A DNA stretch of 64,000 bases, from the NCBI GenBank assembly GCA_010356995.1, contig ML996693.1, forward strand, positions 310,001 to 374,000, given 5' to 3'. The stretch is from Trichodelitschia bisporula. Taxonomy: Eukaryota. Position numbers and translations under genes: made by a program. Every line of letters begins with the position of its first letter. Position 1 is the first letter of the stretch. Of the stretch, positions 62,101 to 64,000 are shown piece by piece. Below the pieces are notes generated by a model. It worked only from the letters and a program-made list of their open reading frames with translations, ran no database searches and was not told the DNA's origin.

Positions 62101-64000
62101 ATCGGCTTCTCGGAGACAGGGTATCGACCACTTCAATGCACCCGACAGTGACGATTTCTGTTACATCCTTTCCACTCGGGCTGGCGGGCTAGGCATCAAC
62201 CTCATGACCGCTGACACCGTCATCCTCTTTGACTCTGATTGGAATCCACAAGCCGACCTTCAGGCAATGGCACGGGCTCACCGCATCGGTCAGAAGAACC
62301 CTGTCATGGTGTACCGCTTCGTATCGAAGGACACGGTGGAAGAAGAAGTCTTGGAACGTGCCCGCAACAAGCTCATGCTTGAGTTTCTCACTATCCAGCG
62401 TGGTGTAACGGATAGCGAGATGCAACAACTTGCAAAGAAAGGCGCAAACTTTGCCGAGCCGACCAGCGCAGACGACATTTCGCGCATTCTCAAGCGCCGC
62501 GGCCAGAAGATGTTCGAGCAGAACGACAATCAGAAGAAGCTGGAGGAGCTCGACATTGACGCTGTCCTGGCAACCGCCGAGGAACATAAAACTGAGCAAC
62601 CTGAAGGCATTACGGCAGATGGCGGCGAAGAGTTTTTGAGGTCTTTCGAGTATACCGACGTTAAGATCGATCTGGAGTGGGACGAGATTATTCCCAAGGA
62701 GCGTCTTGAGGCCATCCAGGCTGAAGAAAAGCGCAAAGCGGACGACACGTATCTCGCCAGTGTTATCGAGCAGAACACCACTCGCAAGCGCAAGGCTGCC
62801 GCTCTAGACCAGCGTGAACAGCGCGCCGCCAAGAAAAAGGCGCGCGAAGCTGCCAAAGAAGCTGCTGATGATGTCGACCAGTCTGACGATCAGCATGTCA
62901 CCCCTACACAGCCCTTGAACGAGAGCGAAACCCGTCGGTTAATCAAGGCTTACGAGCGCTATGGGGCTTTCCAGGAGAAGGGTGAAGATATCGCCAAGGA
63001 TGCCGGGCTCACCAATCGGGATCCTGATTTCTTGAAGGGCATCCTGGATGACCTCTTGGACCGCAGCAGAAAACTTCTGGAGGAAGAGCGTCAGCGTCAG
63101 TTGGCGATGGAAAAGGAGGCCAACAAGTCTTTAACCAAAAAGGACAAGAAGGCTGTCATTTTCACCTTCAAAGGGGTCAACCGTTGCAATGCCGAGACCC
63201 TCATTCAGCGCGAATCTGAGATGCGACTCATTCGTGAAGCAGTTGCAACGGTCCCCGACCGCAAAAGCTTCCGAATCCCCGAAGCGACTAAAGCTGCGGA
63301 ATACTCCCGTCCGTGGACTGCGCGTGAGGACGGCATGCTCATTGTGGGCATCTCAAAGCATGGGTGGGGCGCTTGGGCCGACATTCGTGACGATCCTGAG
63401 CTCGGACTTGCGGACAAGGTGTTTTTGGAGGAGCAGCGCGCTGAGAAGAAAGCAGAACGCAAGCAGAACGAAGATGCGAATGCGAAGAAGCCAACACAAG
63501 TACACCTGATCCGGCGCGCTAATTACCTCATCAGCGTCTTGAAGGATAAGGCGAGCAACGGCACGGATCCAGCGGCCAAAAAGCTCCTTGAAAACCACCA
63601 CCGCAGCAAGAAACGTGTACGTGGCACTAGCGATGCGCCTGCCGGTAGTCCGGCTCCCAATGGCATGTCTTCACGTAAAGGCCACCGCGATTCGGATCGT
63701 CCTCGCAACAATGGCAATGGTCATTCTTCTTCCCGACCGAGTCTCGACCGCCGGGCCGATGACAGCGGTAGAGACCTGAAGCGCCGTGCCGATGAGAGCG
63801 ATCGGGATTCGAAGCGCCGCAAGTACGCCGATAATGACCGTCGCCGCCCTGAAAATCACAAACGTCACTCCGCCGGAACCGACGCACGCCGTCGGCAGAG
63901 CGACGTCGCACATCAAGATGAGGACCATCGGCGACACACTGTCAAGCGGGAGGACAGCGATCGACATCGCCGAACTGATGAACCCCGTGCTCACAATGGT
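59148..64000 (+). CDS. CHD1: Chromodomain helicase DNA-binding protein Chd1/Hrp3, 3'-truncated by window edge
   Basis: Exon 1 ATGGCCT (59148..59154), introns 59155..59579 and 59993..60046. NPDLYGLRRS|GR, two chromodomains, LADEMGLGKT, DEAHRLKN, STRAGGLGINL, DSDWNPQADLQAMARAHRIGQ. Absent from the ORF track because the frame runs off the window end. Confidence 0.95.

Noticed and set aside
60467..63994. Numerous minus-strand ORFs within CHD1 (and similar antisense ORFs over other genes)
   Set aside because: Antisense shadows caused by GC-rich codon usage of the real genes.
1..64000. tRNA, rRNA, snRNA genes and CRISPR arrays
   Set aside because: No cloverleaf/T-loop context, U1/U2/U5/U6 signature sequences or repeat-spacer arrays recognised by eye. 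A tRNAscan/cmscan run would be needed to exclude them formally.

Overview
Gene-dense, intron-containing nuclear DNA from a filamentous ascomycete (Pezizomycotina). Evidence: short 44-60 nt GT-AG introns with CTRAC-type branch points and recognisable fungal gene families. The window holds about 29 protein-coding genes, modelled by hand by joining ORF fragments across introns. Conserved housekeeping blocks (HST4, MED16, CUS2/Tat-SF1 at 12-20 kb; DUF866, PPR-like, IEC1, Mpv17-family, TRS65, PRP40, RLI1, CHD1 at 43-64 kb) flank an accessory/stress-type block at about 21-42 kb. That block holds a small Cys-rich protein, a His-rich 'allergen'-type pair, a secreted PHM-like copper-motif protein, an MFS pump, a small heat-shock protein, a HAD and a CIA30-family gene. 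Main non-obvious observations: (1) a ~270-nt highly base-paired, pseudoknot-capable non-coding element between HST4 and MED16, resembling the fungal Afu_182 RNA by my recollection; (2) a 347-bp non-autonomous hAT-type element with 12-bp TIRs and a perfect 8-bp TSD; (3) a secreted protein with HH...HxH...EM ligand order typical of type II copper monooxygenases; (4) an ORF whose ATG lies just upstream of the RLI1 stop codon; (5) a recurrent C-rich 5' to G-rich 3' gradient along several coding sequences. No tRNA, rRNA or CRISPR features were recognised. All family assignments come from motif recognition, not database searches.
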